From Gracilinanus agilis (taxonomy: Eukaryota): a stretch of DNA of 64,000 nucleotides. Of this stretch, positions 10,813-23,334 are shown piece after piece. The notes under the pieces were generated by a model. It searched no databases, was not told the DNA's origin, and saw only the letters and a program-made list of their open reading frames with translations. The stretch is from contig NC_058133.1 of NCBI RefSeq assembly GCF_016433145.1, positions 251,297,442-251,361,441 on the forward strand. Reading direction: 5' to 3'. Each line of letters starts with the position of its first letter. Position 1 is the stretch's first letter. A program made the position numbers and the translations under genes.

Positions 10813-13800
10813 GTGAGATGAATAGTGGGGAAAAGGGCTTGAGGTGGGGGTGGGGAGGAGGAGGAATGGCTTGGTTCCCTGAGGACATGGTATTTGGGGT
10901 GGATTGATGACAATATTAGTACAGTCATGAAATTATTGAGGGTGGAAGGAGTCTCATTTTCCTTTTTTTTTCTTCTTTTTTTTTTAAACCCTTAACTTCT
11001 GTGTTTCCTAGGTGGAAGAGTGGTAAGGGTGGGCAATGGGGGTTAAGTGACTTGCCCAGGGTCACACAGCTAGGAAGTGTCTGAGGCCAGCTTTGAACCT
11101 AGGACCTCCAGTCTCTAGGCCTGACTCTCAATCCACTGAGCTACCCAGCTGCCCCCAAGTCTCATTTTTCTAACCAGCCCCTCTCCTAGGATCCCCAGTC
11201 TATTTTCTGGGGGTATATCTATCATTGCCAATTTCCCCTACTGAATGGTAAAAACACCTAGCTACTTAATCTGTTTTAAGACAGGAAGAGCAGCTGGTGG
11301 TATGGGAGGTCATCAATGTACAATAATCAGCATTGTCGGGGCCAAAAGGGAGGTGGGGGGGGGGGGAAGAGAGAAAGAGATAAGGTGATATCACTGCCCA
11401 GCCACACCTTCCAAGGGTCTTTCTCTTTGTCCTATCTAAGTACCCAACCTGTTTTTTCTTCCCAAGATGATTTTTTTAGAGGTTGAGGCAATGAGTGAAA
11501 ATGGGCCTTCCTGGTTTTCCTCTTGTCTACCTTTAATCTTTTTTTAAGATATCTTATTTTGAGGTTTAATTGGACAGGCAGAGAGACTGAGATACACCAG
11601 TATCACACTTCAACCCTCTAATATGGCTTGTTTTAATGGAGCTCAAAGGTATAGATAAGGCATCTCTACCCACCCTGCTCCCTGATCCCTGGTCCCAGAC
11701 ATCCTTTCATTCCCATTTGAGAAGTTCCTCCCAAGGTCTAACCTTCTTGCTATATGCCTTCCCAATTATCTTCTTGTTCTAGTGGAAAGACAATAGACAG
11801 GGGCAGGGGGCAGCTGGTGGCTCAGTGGATTGAGAGCCAGGTCTAGAGATGGGAGGTCCTAGGTTCAAATTTGGCCTCAGAAACTTCCTAGTTATGTGAC
11901 TGTGGGCAAGTCACTTAATCCCTATTGCCTAGCCCTTATTGCTCTTCTGCCTTGGGACCAATACCTAGTATTGATTCTAAGACAGAAAGGTAAGGGTTTA
12001 AAAAGAGACAGAGAGACAGGGAATTTCCAAGAACCCATTGAGGATTGTTAAGTGGAGGCAGATAATGGAAATTCAGCAATATGGCAGCAATAAGACTAGT
12101 GGTTTTTTTAAATTGGAAAATTGGCATTTTAACTTTGGCATTTAAATCTGTTCCTCACAATAGAAATGCAAAAGAAAAACATATGATTTATCACTTACCA
12201 CTTGTTTATATGGGTATTTGATTTGGGGTTTTGGCTTTAAAAAATTGCTCTGTTACAAAGATGAATAATATGGATATAGGTATCAAGTTTGTACATTTGT
12301 ACAATTCAATGGAATTGCTTGTCAGCTCTGGGAGGGGGGAAGGAAGAGAGGAGGGAAAGAAAATGAATCATGTAAACATGGGAAAATATTTTAAAAATAA
12401 ATAAATAAATATTTTAAAGAATCAATACCTCAACTTTCAAGGCAAAAGAGTGGTAAGAGCTAGGCAATTGGGGTCAAGTGTCCAAGGTCACACAGCCAGG
12501 AAGTGTCTGAGGTCACATATGAACCCAGAACCTCCTGCTTCTAGGTCTGGCTCTCTATCCACTGAGCCACCTGGCTACTCCCTTTTTTTTGACAATCTAT
12601 GAATCTATAAATGTGGACCTAAAACAAGAGAAGTCTGGATTAGAGACCTAAATTTGAGAATCATACATAAAGCAGCAATGGAGGCCCTGAATAATTGACA
12701 CAGGAGAGTGAGAAGACAAAGAGACCCCAGGATTCATCCTTGGGGAATTCCAGACTCCCAAGATGGGTCCTTTAAATGCATGTACTAAGAGATCATCAAA
12801 TCCCAGATGCTGAAATCCAGGTTATCCCTTTCCCTGAATCAGCACTTTTCCTCCCTTCACTAACCAAAGAAAGAGATGGTGGGGATGGGAATAGGAATTG
12901 GGAGTTATTGGTTTGTGTTTTCAAAAGTCTTGGTGAACTGGGATGGAATAATTTCTCCTCTCTCTTTTCTCCTATAGGTACTATGCCCTGGAATAGCTGC
13001 TGTTCGTGCTGGGGGCAAAGGGTGCTGTGGAGCTGGCTGCTGTGGAAATCGTTGCCGGGTAAGGCCCATGCCCACATATTATCCACCATCAGGTGCTCTT
13101 TGCACACTCACCCTTCACTAGTCTAAGCACCTTCTTATCCCTACCCCATCATACCAGGGACATGCTCTCCTGCTTTTGAATTCTGCCTCTCCAAAAATCT
13201 TTAAAATGCTTTAGCCTAAGGGTATCTAGGTGACTCAGTGGATTGAAAGCCATAATCAAAGATAGGAAGTTCTGGATTCAAATGTGACCTTAGATACTTC
13301 TTATCTGTGTGACCCTGGACAAATCACTTAACCCCCATAGGCTAGCCCTTACCACTCTCTTCCCTTGGAACCAATATACAGTGTAAGGTAAGGGTTTAAA
13401 AAAAAATGCTTTAGCCTTTCTATGTAAATAGTGTTTTCAGGTTTTCAACCCAGAAAGGCATAATTATCTCCATTTTACAAGTGAGAAAATGGAGGCCCAA
13501 AGAAGATATAATGGAAAAAAATTTATAAAGCCCTTTGCAAACCTTCATATGCTAAACAAAAGCTATAGCCATTAATAATATAATTGTAACAACAATGTGA
13601 GAGGTGGCCTCAGTTTCTTCACCTGTAAAAAGAAGAGTATTGAGTTCATGGATTTATCAACCACATACTAGATTCCCTCAGTCTTCACTGACTATGCTCT
13701 CCCTTTTGTTGATCTTAAGAATTCAATTCCTTCTCCATAGATGACTCCCAAATATATACATCTAGCTCAGTTTCTCCAGTTTTTTATCACCAACTGCTTA

Positions 13801-16800
13801 GCAGGATATCTTCAGCTGGCTGTCTCACTGGCATCTCAAACTCAGTACTGGCATCTCAAAACAGAGCTTATTATCTTTCTCCCTAAACTATTTTTTTTAA
13901 ATACTTTACCTGAAGTCATAGAATCTGGCAAAAATATGGTAAGGACTTGAAAATGAAGACTTGTCCAGGGCCACACAGCTAGGAGGTATCTGAAACCAGA
14001 TTTAAATTCAGGACCTCCTGCCTTCTGGGGCTTTCAGTCCATTGAGCCATCTAGCTGCTCCATCTTCACTAAATTCTTGCCCTCCTCTTAATTTCCCTGT
14101 TTCTCCAGCTTACTCTCAAAGTCACCCAGTTTTGCAATCTCAGAATTAGCTTTGAGTCTTCCTTCTCTCTCAGCTTCCTGTACAATCCATTAACAAGTCT
14201 CATAGATTCTAAGTCTAAAACATCCGTCCCTTTCTTCTATCATTCCTCTTTTCTCCATGGAGAAGGCCACTTCTCTCTATCTAGTTCAGGCCCTTATCAA
14301 TTCTTGCCTATCAGCAGTTAACAAACTATGACCTGAGGACCAAATCCATTCACCACCTGTTTTTATGGCCAAGGAACTATGAATGGTTTATACATTTTTA
14401 AATTCAACAAAAATGCATTTACAAATATAAAAAACATTCTTAGTTCTTAGGCTCTACAAAATCAGGTCACAAACTGGGTTCCATAGTTTACCAAGCCTCG
14501 GACAAGGCTTGTTAGTTATTATGCTGCCTTAAGTGTAAGGTTTCTCTTTCCATTCATTCTCTACTCATTTGCCAAAATCATCTTCCTAACATAGGTCTGA
14601 CCACATCATTTCTTTTTTTTTTTTCTTAACCCTTAACTTCTGTGTATTGGCTCCTAGGTGGAAGAGTGGTAAGGGTGGGCAATGGGGGTCAAGTGACTTG
14701 CCCAGGGTCACACAGCTGGGAAGTGTCTGAGGCCAGCTTTGAACCTAGGACCTCCAGTCTCTAGGCCTGACTCTCAATCCACTGAGCTACCCAGCTGCCC
14801 CCCACATCATTTCTATGATCAAAAAAACTTCAGTGGCTTTTTTCTTTTTTAACCCTTATCTTCTGTCTTGGAATCAATACTATGTACTGGTTCCAAGGCA
14901 GAAAATCGGTAAGGGCTAGGCAGTGGGAGGTAAGTGACTTGCCCAAGATCACACATCTAGGAAATATATGAAGCAGATTTGAATCCAGTACCTCCCAAAC
15001 AAAACACACAGACTTCTCAGCCTAACATTTAAAAACTCTTCACAATTTAGCACCAGCTTTTCCTTTAGATTTATTTCACTTTTATACAATCTATGTTCAA
15101 CCTGGCCCTTTCTCAGTCCTCTGTGCATTCCATTTCCTGTTTTGAGTTCCTTTGCAGGAACAATTTTCCTCCCATTCCTATTCCAATAACTAGAACGCAT
15201 TCAATCAATTAATCAACAAGCATTTATTAAGGCCCTCTGCCTCCTGGAATTCTGAGTTTCATTGGAGGTCTAACCCATGTGCCAGCTCTTAGGCAAGACC
15301 TTGATCTCCCCCAGTTTTTAGAACTCTTTTCCTATCTGTAAATTACTTTGCCTATATATGGCATTAACTTACCCACTGATACACAGTATTCCCTCTAACA
15401 GAACACAAGCTCCTTAAGGACAGAGTTGATTTTGCTTTTCCTCTATCTTTGTGTTCCCAGTGCCCAGCACAGTGCTTTGTACAGAGTGGACACTTAATAT
15501 ATGCTTGCTGAATGAATTTTGAAAGGCATTGTGCCAAATACAAGGACAGAATGAAAAAATCTTTGCCCTCAAAGGAGGAACTATTCTCTTGAAGAGAGAC
15601 TATGTACTATGGATGTATAAGTAAATACAAGATAATCTGACGAGGGAAAGTATATTTAATCACTAGGGATTTCAGAAAAGCTGGAGGGTGGGGTGAAGGT
15701 GGCATTTAATAAATGATTGCTGATTCATTGATTGAGTTCATTCTAACCACTGGAGCAGGGGTGAGGGGTTTGTGCCAAGGCCCAGGAGCAGGAAATGGAA
15801 TAATGGATTGACTGGAACAGAGATTGTTAGAAGATGGTAATGTGAACTAAGTTTGGAAGAGAAGGATGAATGTAAGGGGTTTTAAATGCCAAACTGAGAA
15901 GTTTATGTTTTATCCAAGAGGCAATAAAAAGCCACTGAAGATTTTTGGTCATAGAAATGACATGGTCAGATCTGTGCCTTAGGAAGATGATTTTGGAATG
16001 GTGCAGAGAATGCACTAGAGAAGACACTTAAAGGAGGGAAAAGGCTGCTACAGTGATCCATCTAAAGTAGTACCCTTGTCAGTGAAGAGAAGGGGACTGA
16101 TGGAAGAGATGATTTGGAGGCATAATTGGCAATCAATTGAGTATGGAGTCAAGGATGACCAAAATTTCAAGCCTGGATAACTGGAGGGATGGTGATGACC
16201 TTGACAAGCAGAAAACAAAAACAAGAGAAGTTTGAAGCAAGGGAAGGTTTAATGATAAATATAATGACTGGCATTTTGTAGTTTATTTGTTTTACACATA
16301 ATTAATGACTTTGAGATGCCTATGGGATGTATAGGTAGAGACTTCCATCAGGCAGTTGAGAGTAGATAACTGGAATTTGGAAGGGAAAATGTGAACTGGA
16401 AATGCAGTTTGGGATATCTTTTAGCATAGAAATGACCACTGAACCCAAAGAGAGGGTTTTAGAAGAGAACTGAAGCCAAATGATACAGATACTCTTAGAG
16501 ATTGGGACATGGTCTAAAAAGGGAAATTGAGGGAAGTGAGAAGACAAAAGAACAAGGAGGTTTCAAAGTCACAAAAGTAGAAGGAACAGAATGTGTGGGA
16601 AGGGCAGGACATTATCAACTGTGTAAAAAACTGCAAAGAGAACAGTTATGAGTACAGAGAACAATCCATTAGATTTAGTTACTAAGAAATTGTTGTTGAC
16701 CTTTGAAGAGAACAGCTTCAATGTTCCATACCCCTGGTCCTCCCATCTCTGCAAAGGAGCAGAAGGAGATGTCTTCTTTTAGAGCCACACTTGTTCTTTA

Positions 16801-19089
16801 AAATTTCACAAAATATGTCAACTGTTTTTTTTTTAACCTATTTACATAGTTGTAGTTACTGTATATTTTCTTGGCTATTGAGAGAATACTTTTAATCAAG
16901 TGGTGGGTTCAGAAATAAGGAGATTATGAAATGTAGTTTGTTTTGGTTTTGTTTTTTTAAGGAAGGGTTTGGATAGAATGGGCCTGGGTATGTTTTTAGG
17001 CACCAATGAAATAGCCAGTGATAAGTGGAGACTGGAAATGAGAAAAAGAAGTGATGAGAGGAAAGCTCTCAGAAGAGACATTAGGGAATAGAGTAAAGCA
17101 CACAATTAAATATTTTAGATTTGACAAGAATGCCTGCTTCAAAAGAGTTTGGTTCAAAGGAAGAAAGAATGTGCATGGTGGGGGTTAAGTAGAGATGGGT
17201 TTTGGTCTTTTTATTTTTTAGAGATGTTTTAATAAAAGATCTCATGACCTATTTTCACATCAAAGTAGTTGCTGTAGGCCACTGCCAGGGGACAGAGAAG
17301 GTGGGAGGGAGATGTAATAATAGCTAGCATGTAAGAAGAAAACAGGAAATCAGGAACAGCTCTCTTGAAGGTAGATAATATGCTGGAGAGTCATTAAGAG
17401 AATTAAAGGAGTGCCATGCAGCAGTGAGGGATCTGTTGAAATCAGATAATATAAATTTGTAGTGAATATTGTTGGCACAGTTGTATCATCAGGGTTTAGT
17501 AGCTATATTAATAAGTATCTGGTGATTGTGTCCTTGGGGAGCCTGACTGTAATAATCTTGAGCACCACTTCTTTTGCTTCACCCAGAGTTGACTTGGGGA
17601 TGATGTTAGAAGAGACCACGTGTAGGGAATGTACCCTTGACACCAGGTTAGGCCTAGGGAATGATTACCTCAAGGTCCCTTCCTACAATCTGACTTAGCC
17701 AAAATCATAGCTAGTCAGACAGGCTGAAATCCAAATGTCCTGAATCCTTCCCTGCATAGCTGCCTCCTTTGCATACACTCTCTTGAGTAATTGGAAAGTA
17801 CACTGTTCTTGGGAATCAGGACAAATGTTTTAGTCCTGGCTTTCCCCCTAATTCCCAATGTATGACCCTGTGCAAGTCATTTCTCCTCTTCTGTTCTGTA
17901 AAATGAAAGAACTATACTAAGTCTTCAGGATCCCTTCTAGGTTCCAAATGTCAATATGTCTCACTTCCTCCGAAAGGAAATCTACAGAGATTAACTTAAT
18001 TTTGTGTCCACAGCCTAGGAAGGCATATTTTAATTTTTAAATAGAGAATAGGTCGGTGGTGGCTGTAGGGGTTGGATTTAGGCTGGGGGTGAGTTGGTAA
18101 AAGACTGAGGCTACTAGGGGAAGAGGGCAAGAGGACACTGAACCTCTCCTTTTTCACACCGTGAAAACATTGCTGAACTTGGAAGCAAAGGATATAAGTC
18201 TGAATATGGGCTTTTTCACTTAATACCTGGATATGGACCTTGGGTCATTTAACTGTTCTGCCCCCTATTTCTCATTTACAAAATGAAAGGATTGGTCAAA
18301 AAATTTAGACTCCTAAGGTTCCCTCCAGTTTCAAGTCTACGATCCTTTGTGCCCTGCTCTCTAGATGCTGCGCTCCGTCTTCTCTTCTGCTTTTGGGGTT
18401 CTTGGGTCCCTTTATTGCCTCTCGGTTTCCGGAGCAGCGCTTAACATCGGGCCCCGATGCCAGACAAAAGACAACAACTGGAACTATCCCTTCGAAAACA
18501 TCGAGTAAGAACAAAATTGACTCTTAATACCCCAGCCCACCTTCCTTGCCCAACATCTCAGAAACAAGTCCCATCCCAAACTTGAGAAGCCCAGGCTTTA
18601 GCGCCGTGAGCTCAGACAGACCTAGAGCGTATCCCTCCACCTATCGAGATAAATCCCCTCCCTCCCAGGCTTAAGGGAAGCCCAAGCCCCGCCCCCTCCC
18701 ACGAGTGTGCGCGCTAAAGAGCTACCTACCCTATTTCGTGTGGGGAGTTTGATCCCCGCTGATCCTCTGACTTGTCCTTCACCTCGGCCTCGGCAGCTCG
18801 AATTACCTGAGTAACAGTACGCTGTGGGAGCTGTGCCAGAACCCTCCGAACGTGGTGGCGTGGAACGTGGGGCTGTTCGCGATTCTGTCTGCGGCATCGG
18901 CCCTGGAACTAGTGCTATGCGGCATACAGCTAGTGAACGCTGCCATAGGAGTGTTTTGCGGGGATTGCCGGAAAAGAGGAGGTAAGGGCTTTTAGGGTGG
19001 AGGCAGACCTGCTGGGACGGGGTTCTTGGGGTTGCAAATGCCTGGGAGTGGGCTCCCATTCACTTCTGCCTCCTCTTCCAGAACCATGA
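10642..19089 (+). CDS. TM4SF5: Transmembrane 4 L six family member 5, spliced CDS join(10642..10812,12978..13058,18365..18504,18797..18981,19082..19089), 194 aa
   Basis: Hand translation gives [32 protein letters not shown]..., [41 protein letters not shown]... and ...[20 protein letters not shown], matching TM4SF5 as I recall it. All introns are GT-AG with compatible phases, and AATAAA lies at 19192-19197. Confidence 0.96.
10961..11156 (-). mobile_element. Young SINE1_Mdo-type SINE in TM4SF5 intron 1
   Basis: TSD AGTCTCATTTT at 10950-10960 and 11158-11168. Confidence 0.9.
11806..12003 (+). mobile_element. SINE1_Mdo-type SINE
   Basis: Full head, core and tail. Confidence 0.85.
12978..13058 (+). 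CDS. TM4SF5: TM4SF5 coding exon 2 (81 nt)
   Basis: Pyrimidine tract and TAG acceptor; [27 protein letters not shown]; donor GTAAGG. Confidence 0.96.
13218..13402 (+). mobile_element. SINE1_Mdo-type SINE
   Basis: 15-bp TSD AAAATGCTTTAGCCT at a TT/AAAA site. Confidence 0.88.
14312..14500. mobile_element. Old palindromic Charlie/MER58-like MITE
   Basis: Degenerate TIRs CAGCAGTTAACAAACT / AGTTTACCAAGCCTCG; internal inverted blocks (GAATGGTTT.../AAAAACATTCTTAG); no clear TSD. Confidence 0.55.
14614..14801 (-). mobile_element. Young SINE1_Mdo-type SINE inserted in an L2
   Basis: 13-bp TSD CCACATCATTTCT. Confidence 0.9.
15830..16750 (-). mobile_element. L2 fragment
   Basis: gccactgaagattttt...gacatggtcagatctgtg...ttaggaagatga...gatttagttactaagaaattgttgttgacc. 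Confidence 0.6.
18365..18504 (+). CDS. TM4SF5: TM4SF5 coding exon 3 (140 nt)
   Basis: ctctag acceptor; [46 protein letters not shown]; phase-2 donor GTAAGA. Confidence 0.95.
18797..18981 (+). CDS. TM4SF5: TM4SF5 coding exon 4 (185 nt)
   Basis: cag acceptor; [61 protein letters not shown]; phase-1 donor GTAAGG. Confidence 0.93.
19082..19089 (+). CDS. TM4SF5: TM4SF5 terminal coding exon (E-P-stop)
   Basis: cttctgcctcctcttccag acceptor; (G)AA CCA TGA; AATAAA about 100 nt downstream. Confidence 0.75.
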
Positions 19090-19191
19090 GCTTTGAAGCT
19101 GTAGGAGACAAGTCCCTGCCAGAACGCCTTCTCGAAGAAATCTGGGAACGGGATGGGTTGTCTCCACCCCTCTTTTTCCTCCATCAGCTAA

Positions 19192-19197
19192 AATAAA
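19192..19197 (+). terminator. Polyadenylation signal of TM4SF5
   Basis: AATAAA about 100 nt after the stop codon, followed by a T/GT-rich stretch. Confidence 0.7.
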
Positions 19198-19499
19198 GTA
19201 TCCTTGATTCGCACCACCTTTGGCGCTGCTGCTGTCTTATCTGAGTACCTGTCGGACTCCGAATTCTCTTCTCTCCTGTCCACCTAGAATAGGAGAAATT
19301 TCGGGGGATCCTTTGTTGTTCAGTCGTTTTTAGTTGTGCTCGACTCTTTGTGACCCCATTTGTTTTTGTTTTTGTTTTGGCAATTATTGGAGTGGTTTGT
19401 CATTTCCTTCTCCAGTTCATTTTACCCAGGCCTGGTTAAGTGACTAGTTCAGGGGTGGAATAGTAAGTGTCTGAAGACAGATTTGAAGTAATATAGCTC

Positions 19500-19685
19500 C
19501 TTTTTTTTTTTTAAACCCTTACCTTCCACCTTAGAATCAATACTGTATATTGGTTCTAAGGCAGAAGAGTTGTTAGGGGCTAGGCAATGGGTTAAGAGAC
19601 TTGCCCAAGGTCAGACAGCAAGGAAGTGTCTGAGGTCACATTTGAACCCAGGACCTCCTGTCTGTGGGCCTGGCTCTCAGTCCAC
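19500..19685 (-). mobile_element. SINE1_Mdo-type SINE, slightly 5'-truncated
   Basis: TSD TAATATAGCTC at 19489-19499 and 19686-19696. Confidence 0.88.
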
Positions 19686-19732
19686 TAATATAGCTCTTAA
19701 AGATAAAATGTACAGTGTTTTAGGGACATTAT

Positions 19733-20273
19733 TGTTGTGGGAGAACTGAAGATTAATCTCTGGTCTGGGAAGGATGCCCTTGTAAGAATGACAGGCTCTG
19801 ATGGATATCTTTAAAGATAGATTTATTTAGATTGAATAGTCTTGAGGCAGCGTGAGGGACCAACGGGTCTCCCTGAAGAGAGAAAAGTTCAGGATTTTTA
19901 TATCCTAAAGGATTAAGGTCTGTGTGACTTGGAAGGGAAAGGTGGGAAGGGGGACAAACAAGAGGATCAAAAAGGGGGACTCTCAAGGGAGAAAAGGTGA
20001 CATAGTAAGGTGCCTTTGGTTCTCTGGGGGCATAAGCACAAATATACATAGGTTATGACATCCTGATCATAAAGGTGGGTGAGTTGCCTATCTTGAGGAA
20101 CTTAGCAAACACATCTTTGCTAAGACTAAAAACTAGTGTAAACACATCTAAAACCAGAGGCAGAGAATCCTCTGTTCAGCTGCAAGCATTGCAGGAGTGA
20201 AATTCTTCATGTAATCTTTGACCTGGGATTTCTCTAGAATTTGGGGTGTGCAGGGGCCCTGATGCCCACCTCA
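19733..20273 (-). mobile_element. Solo ERV1-class LTR (541 bp)
   Basis: TG...CA termini, perfect 4-bp TSD TTAT, TATAAAA at 19902-19896 and AATAAA at 19827-19822. Confidence 0.8.
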
Positions 20274-20424
20274 TTATCTCATTTGAACCTCCAAAGAACA
20301 CAGTGGCTTGAAATCTTCATTTCCTGGGAGTGAAAAGAATGGTTGAAAACCATCTGTAACTCTAGGTTTTATAGAGCTTCCTGAATATGTCAGGGGGAAG
20401 CATTAGAAGCCAGCTCTTGATGCT

Positions 20425-20638
20425 GAAGTGGATAGACTGGCAGGTCTGGAGTCAGGAAGTTTCATCCAGCTAAATTTGAATCTGGCCTCAGATACTTATT
20501 TGCTCTGTGACTCTGGCCAAGTCACTTAACCCTGTTTGTTTCAGTTTATTCATCTGTAAAATGAGCCAGAAAAGGAAATGGCAAACCACTCAGCATCTTT
20601 GCCAAGAAAATGTCACAAGTCAACATGACTGAACAACT
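20425..20638 (+). mobile_element. MAR1-type CORE-SINE (RTE-derived tail)
   Basis: Core followed by aaggaaatggcaaaccactc...ctttgccaagaaa. Similar copies lie at about 21560-21762 (+) and at 19315-19488, 48270-48480 and 55845-56090 (-). Confidence 0.75.
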
Positions 20639-23036
20639 TCCTGATTCTAGAACTCTTTCCATGATCCCAAGAGGATAATAGATTTAGAGTTAAAAGCATA
20701 TTTGCAAGGCCATCTATCTGGTCCAAACCTCCTTTTCCCCATGAAGAAACTAAAGCCCAGGGAAGTTTTGACCTGCCCAATATTATATACTGTTAACTTG
20801 GAAAAAACACAGAACTATTAGATTGTCAGAAAAACCCAAGTCTTTAATCAGATTAAGGATAGGTCCAATATTCAGCTGCCACCCAGAGCCCAGTGCCAAG
20901 ATCTATATAGGGCCCACATCCTGGAGACTGGGGGCATATCCCTGGGAGAAGACACCACACTAGATACCAGCTTCGAAGTGGGACAGAACTTGGGGATCTT
21001 TTATACCCTCTGGAGAACTTGGTACAGCAAAGCTGCATAGATAAAATGCAAGCAGGCTGCAAAGAGGCCTGCCTCAGTAACAGGGAGCAGTCAGCTATAA
21101 TAATTGCAAAGGAAAGGGTCAAACTAAGAGCTGGGTTTCCTGAGAGGACTTTAATATAATGGGAGGAGCTTCTAAAACAAATAAAGACACTCAACATTTT
21201 GACTATGTCCACAAATCCCACCAACACTAAGGCCCCCCAAAACAGTAAAGTCTATAGTTCATTCTAAAACAGGTGTGCTTGGTACTGGGGTTTCTAAAAG
21301 GGCAGGAATAAAATTAACTGGATCTGTTTATTATTATAAATTGAGGTGTCCAGATTTCACATTGACAATACCAGTAAGTGACAGGATCAAGATTTGAACC
21401 CAAACTTTCAAGCACTGATTTCCAAGTCAGTGCTATCCTCCTCCACACCACTGGGCATTTCCTAAAGGACTATGGGAAGGAAAGTCAAGCAGCCTGGGTT
21501 AACTGTGCTATTTTTAGGCAAATCAATAAACAGGCACTTATTAAGCATTTTTGCAAGGCCTGGAGTCAGGAAGATTCATCTCTCTAAATTCAAATGCAGC
21601 CTCAGATATTTACTAGCTGGGTGACTCTGGGCAAGTCATTTTACCTTGTTTGGCTTAGGTCTTCATCTATAAAATAAGCCACAGAAGGAAATGGCGAAAC
21701 ACTGCAGTATCTTTGCCAAGAAAACCCTAAATGAAGTTACAAAACATCTGGAGACAACAACCATAGAACTTTGCCAGGAAATATGCTATGTGCTAAGAAT
21801 TCAAAGAAAGGTACAAATATTCCTTGTCCTCAAGGAGCTTACATTTTAATGGGGAGGTGGGGGGGGGGAACAACTTGTAAATAACTAGGTGCTCACACAT
21901 TAAATAGAATGTATTCTGAGAGGGAAAGGCACAGGCTGGAAAGGCCTTCAGCAAAAGAAGTGAGTCAGGAAGGATGCCAGGGAAATCAAGCCTTAGAAGT
22001 GAAAGGGCAAGAGTATTCTATGCCTATTGTTTTTCAGTCGGTCTGAGGTCACATTTGAATTCAGGTCTTCTGCCTCCAGGCCAGAGCTCTATCCACTTTG
22101 CATGGGGTTAGCAAAGGCATGGAGAGGTGTAGTTCTAGAAACAGCAAATAGGCCAATGATCTTAGACTATATGAAAGGGAGTAAAGTATGAGAAACCTGG
22201 AAAAGTCAGAAGCTGTCAGGTTACAAAGAGTTTGAGATGTCAGAGGACTTTATATTTAATTCTGGAGATAATAGGGAACTCTGGAGCTTATTAAGTAGAG
22301 GGATGTCATGGTCAAACCTACCCTTTAGAAAAATCACCTCCTTGTTTGAGTGACTGGTGATTCAGAATTGAGGCATGGAGACCAGATAAAAGGCTGTTGC
22401 AGTAGTGGAAGGAGAGGCAATAAGGGACTGGACTAAGGTTATAGCTATGTGAGTGGAAATAAGGGGACAGAGGAAAGATGTGAAGGCATAGAGTATAACA
22501 ATTGGCAACAGATGAGATAGGTGGAGTGAGAGTGAGGACTCTAAAGTTTCAAGCCTAGGTGAGTAGGATGATGATGACCTCGACTTTCGAATTTGTAAAA
22601 TGGGAATAACCACGGAACTGATTCACAGAGTTGTTGTGAGGGAAATCTTTATTCTTATAGAATAGAACACAGACACTGAAAAGGGGAGAATTTTTTCTCC
22701 TGAGATCACAGTGTGCAGATAGATTCACAGTGAGGGTGGGAGGGAAAGGTACAAAGAACAAAACTTGGTCCCTGCTCAAAAGCAGGAGGTCAGGAGTTAA
22801 GCTGACCCCTATTCCTCAGTAACACACAAGATGGAGGGTTGGGATGGGAGATTTAATATGGACAAATAAAAGAGAAGGTTGGAGTGGGTGGAGTATATGT
22901 AGGAAGGACAGATCAAGGCAAAGCTTAGATCCCTATAAGGAGTAAACTGCCTTTAGAGCAGGCTTTGAGGAGACTTTGGGAGATCTGGGGGAAGGGAGAG
23001 AGGGGAGAAAAACTAATAAGCAATTTGTGGTGGATC

Positions 23037-23334
23037 TCAGCTGCTACAACAGAAAAGACGAAGGTCGTTGAGTGCTGTATCATCTCTGAGGCCACGAGGG
23101 GCCTCCAGTTTGGTTTGGAGGCCGCACACACCCTTGGGGCAACTGTCACTCCAAGATCCAAACTCGCCCCACTCCAGGCCGGGCCCCTCCACTTCTTCGC
23201 CCCCTGAGCAGCGGAAGCGCACGTTGTTAGCAGCAGTATTGTCTCCAGGAATCCTAGGCTCTTCCACCCGTAGGGAGAAGGAGTTGAGGAAGCTGCCATC
23301 AGGACACCACTGCGGCTCAGACCATGCTCCCCAC
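23037..23334 (-). CDS. VMO1: VMO1 coding exon 3
   Basis: WGAWSEPQWCPDGSFLNSFSLRVEEPRIPGDNTAANNVRFRC...LFCCSS, ending in TGA at 23037-23039. Confidence 0.96.

Larger units (their letters stand above)
18340..19020. other. CpG-rich island over TM4SF5 exons 3-4
   Basis: Many CGs, plus a GC box GCCCCGCCCCC near 18685-18697 in intron 3. Confidence 0.55.

Noticed and set aside
10292-10816. 174-aa plus-strand ORF (and the 116-aa ORF at 10407-10757) over TM4SF5 exon 1
   Set aside because: Wrong frames. They are pyrimidine-rich low-complexity read-through, and the real exon is in the third frame.
18622-19059. 145-aa antisense ORF over TM4SF5 exon 4
   Set aside because: Stop-poor shadow of GC-rich coding sequence, with no recognisable domain.
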